A DNA stretch of 64,000 nt, from contig JAYWIR010000035.1 of assembly GCA_036172245.1 (NCBI GenBank), forward strand, positions 1,984,001 through 2,048,000, in the 5' to 3' direction. Source of the stretch: Raillietiella orientalis (Eukaryota). A model generated the notes under the pieces. The model was not told where the DNA came from and ran no database searches. It worked only from the letters and a program-made list of their open reading frames with translations. This document shows, in pieces, positions 63,130 through 64,000 of this stretch. Position 1 is the stretch's first letter. Each line of letters begins with the position of its first letter. Made by a program: the position numbers and the translations under genes.

Positions 63130-63620
63130 TGTTAGTCGTGAATACAGACAGAGCTCCCATTGGTCATCCCGTAGCTACACCATTGAAAAATACTTCCTCC
63201 TCTTGCAACAGTAGTTCTTCTCGCAGTTAATTGTACCGATTAAGATATGTAAGCAAGTAAATTTCTAAGGATCAAGTCCGGTTTCGACCTGACACGCGGA
63301 GAATGTATCCAAGGAAACGGTGAAATCATTCTCAATATTTTCCTCCAAAACGTATATGCCTGCTATGAGGTTCATCAAAGTTGATGTCAGGACCTATGGC
63401 CACAATGCCCCGAGGGTTTATATCTCGATGGCTGATTTGGTAATGCTTCTCTATGTGATCGAAGAAAATGGTGTCCCTCGTGGCTGGCATTTGAGGAACA
63501 ACACCATGCAGGCGCTCGTCTGCTGGGAGCACACGGGGGTGGCGTGACCGGGTGACACACACACGGGAGAAAGGTTCCCAAGCATTCGATATCCGGCCCT
63601 CTCAAACGTTGCCCTTATGA
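63130..63620 (+). mobile_element. decayed LINE APE-endonuclease fragment
   Basis: FLLLQQ* (cf. LQET), IILNIFLQNVYAC (cf. NVYAP) and YLDG*FGN (cf. GGDFN) occur in the expected order. Confidence 0.55.
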
Positions 63621-64000
63621 GGTTAAGTAAGTTTAGGGTGCAGTGCCTTCTTCTATTCCTCTTAGTTTATACCTAAAGGTGAGTTTCCTAATGCGGATGT
63701 ATGAAGGAAAGCGTAAACTCTTCTGCGGAAAAATCAGCAACCAAAACTCTTGAATTTACGAAACTTCGATTCATCCTGAAACTACAGAATACAGAATTCT
63801 AGAATTTCATCCTCACGTTTAATGCATTCGTGTGTATTATATTATGTACTGATTAAGCTTTAATGATTAGTGTGTTGTTAATGCATATAAGCAGTATTGC
63901 AATGCCAGTTAATGCAATGAGTACACAGTCCGTGTTTCAATATGAATCACTCCAGCAGTATGCAACTGCTCCAGAAAGAATGCTGCATGATTCTGTATTC

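Noticed and set aside
63320..63605. Overlapping ORFs resembling a viral Rep or host exon
   Set aside because: The adjacent frame shows ordered endonuclease motifs (NVYA, G-D/F-N), so it is better explained as a LINE relic

Overview
Eukaryotic (animal-like) genomic DNA, not prokaryotic, so most long ORFs in the supplied track are GC-rich shadow ORFs. I can reconstruct two intact spliced host genes by hand. (1) A proteasome alpha-3/PSMA4-type subunit gene on + (4751-6321, 6 coding exons, 262 aa), with an ATG-only first coding exon and 43-50 bp introns, in an AT-rich block. (2) A TMEM221/Jiraiya-family membrane protein gene on - (21382-13341, 4 exons, 314 aa, ending in -STLV), in a very GC-rich block. 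Much of the rest reads as decayed L1/Tx1-like non-LTR retrotransposon fragments in both orientations, recognised by eye from degenerate endonuclease, RT and C-terminal CCHC motifs. Three copies share a distinctive 3' end with no poly(A) tail. There is also one Tigger/pogo-like MITE, several inverted repeats and hairpins, and a 33-bp tandem repeat. I found no convincing novel multi-gene system. The best leads are the LINE 3'-end architecture, inverted repeats bracketing two TMEM221 exons, and the sharp compositional and gene-architecture mosaic. LINE boundaries are approximate and no searches were run.
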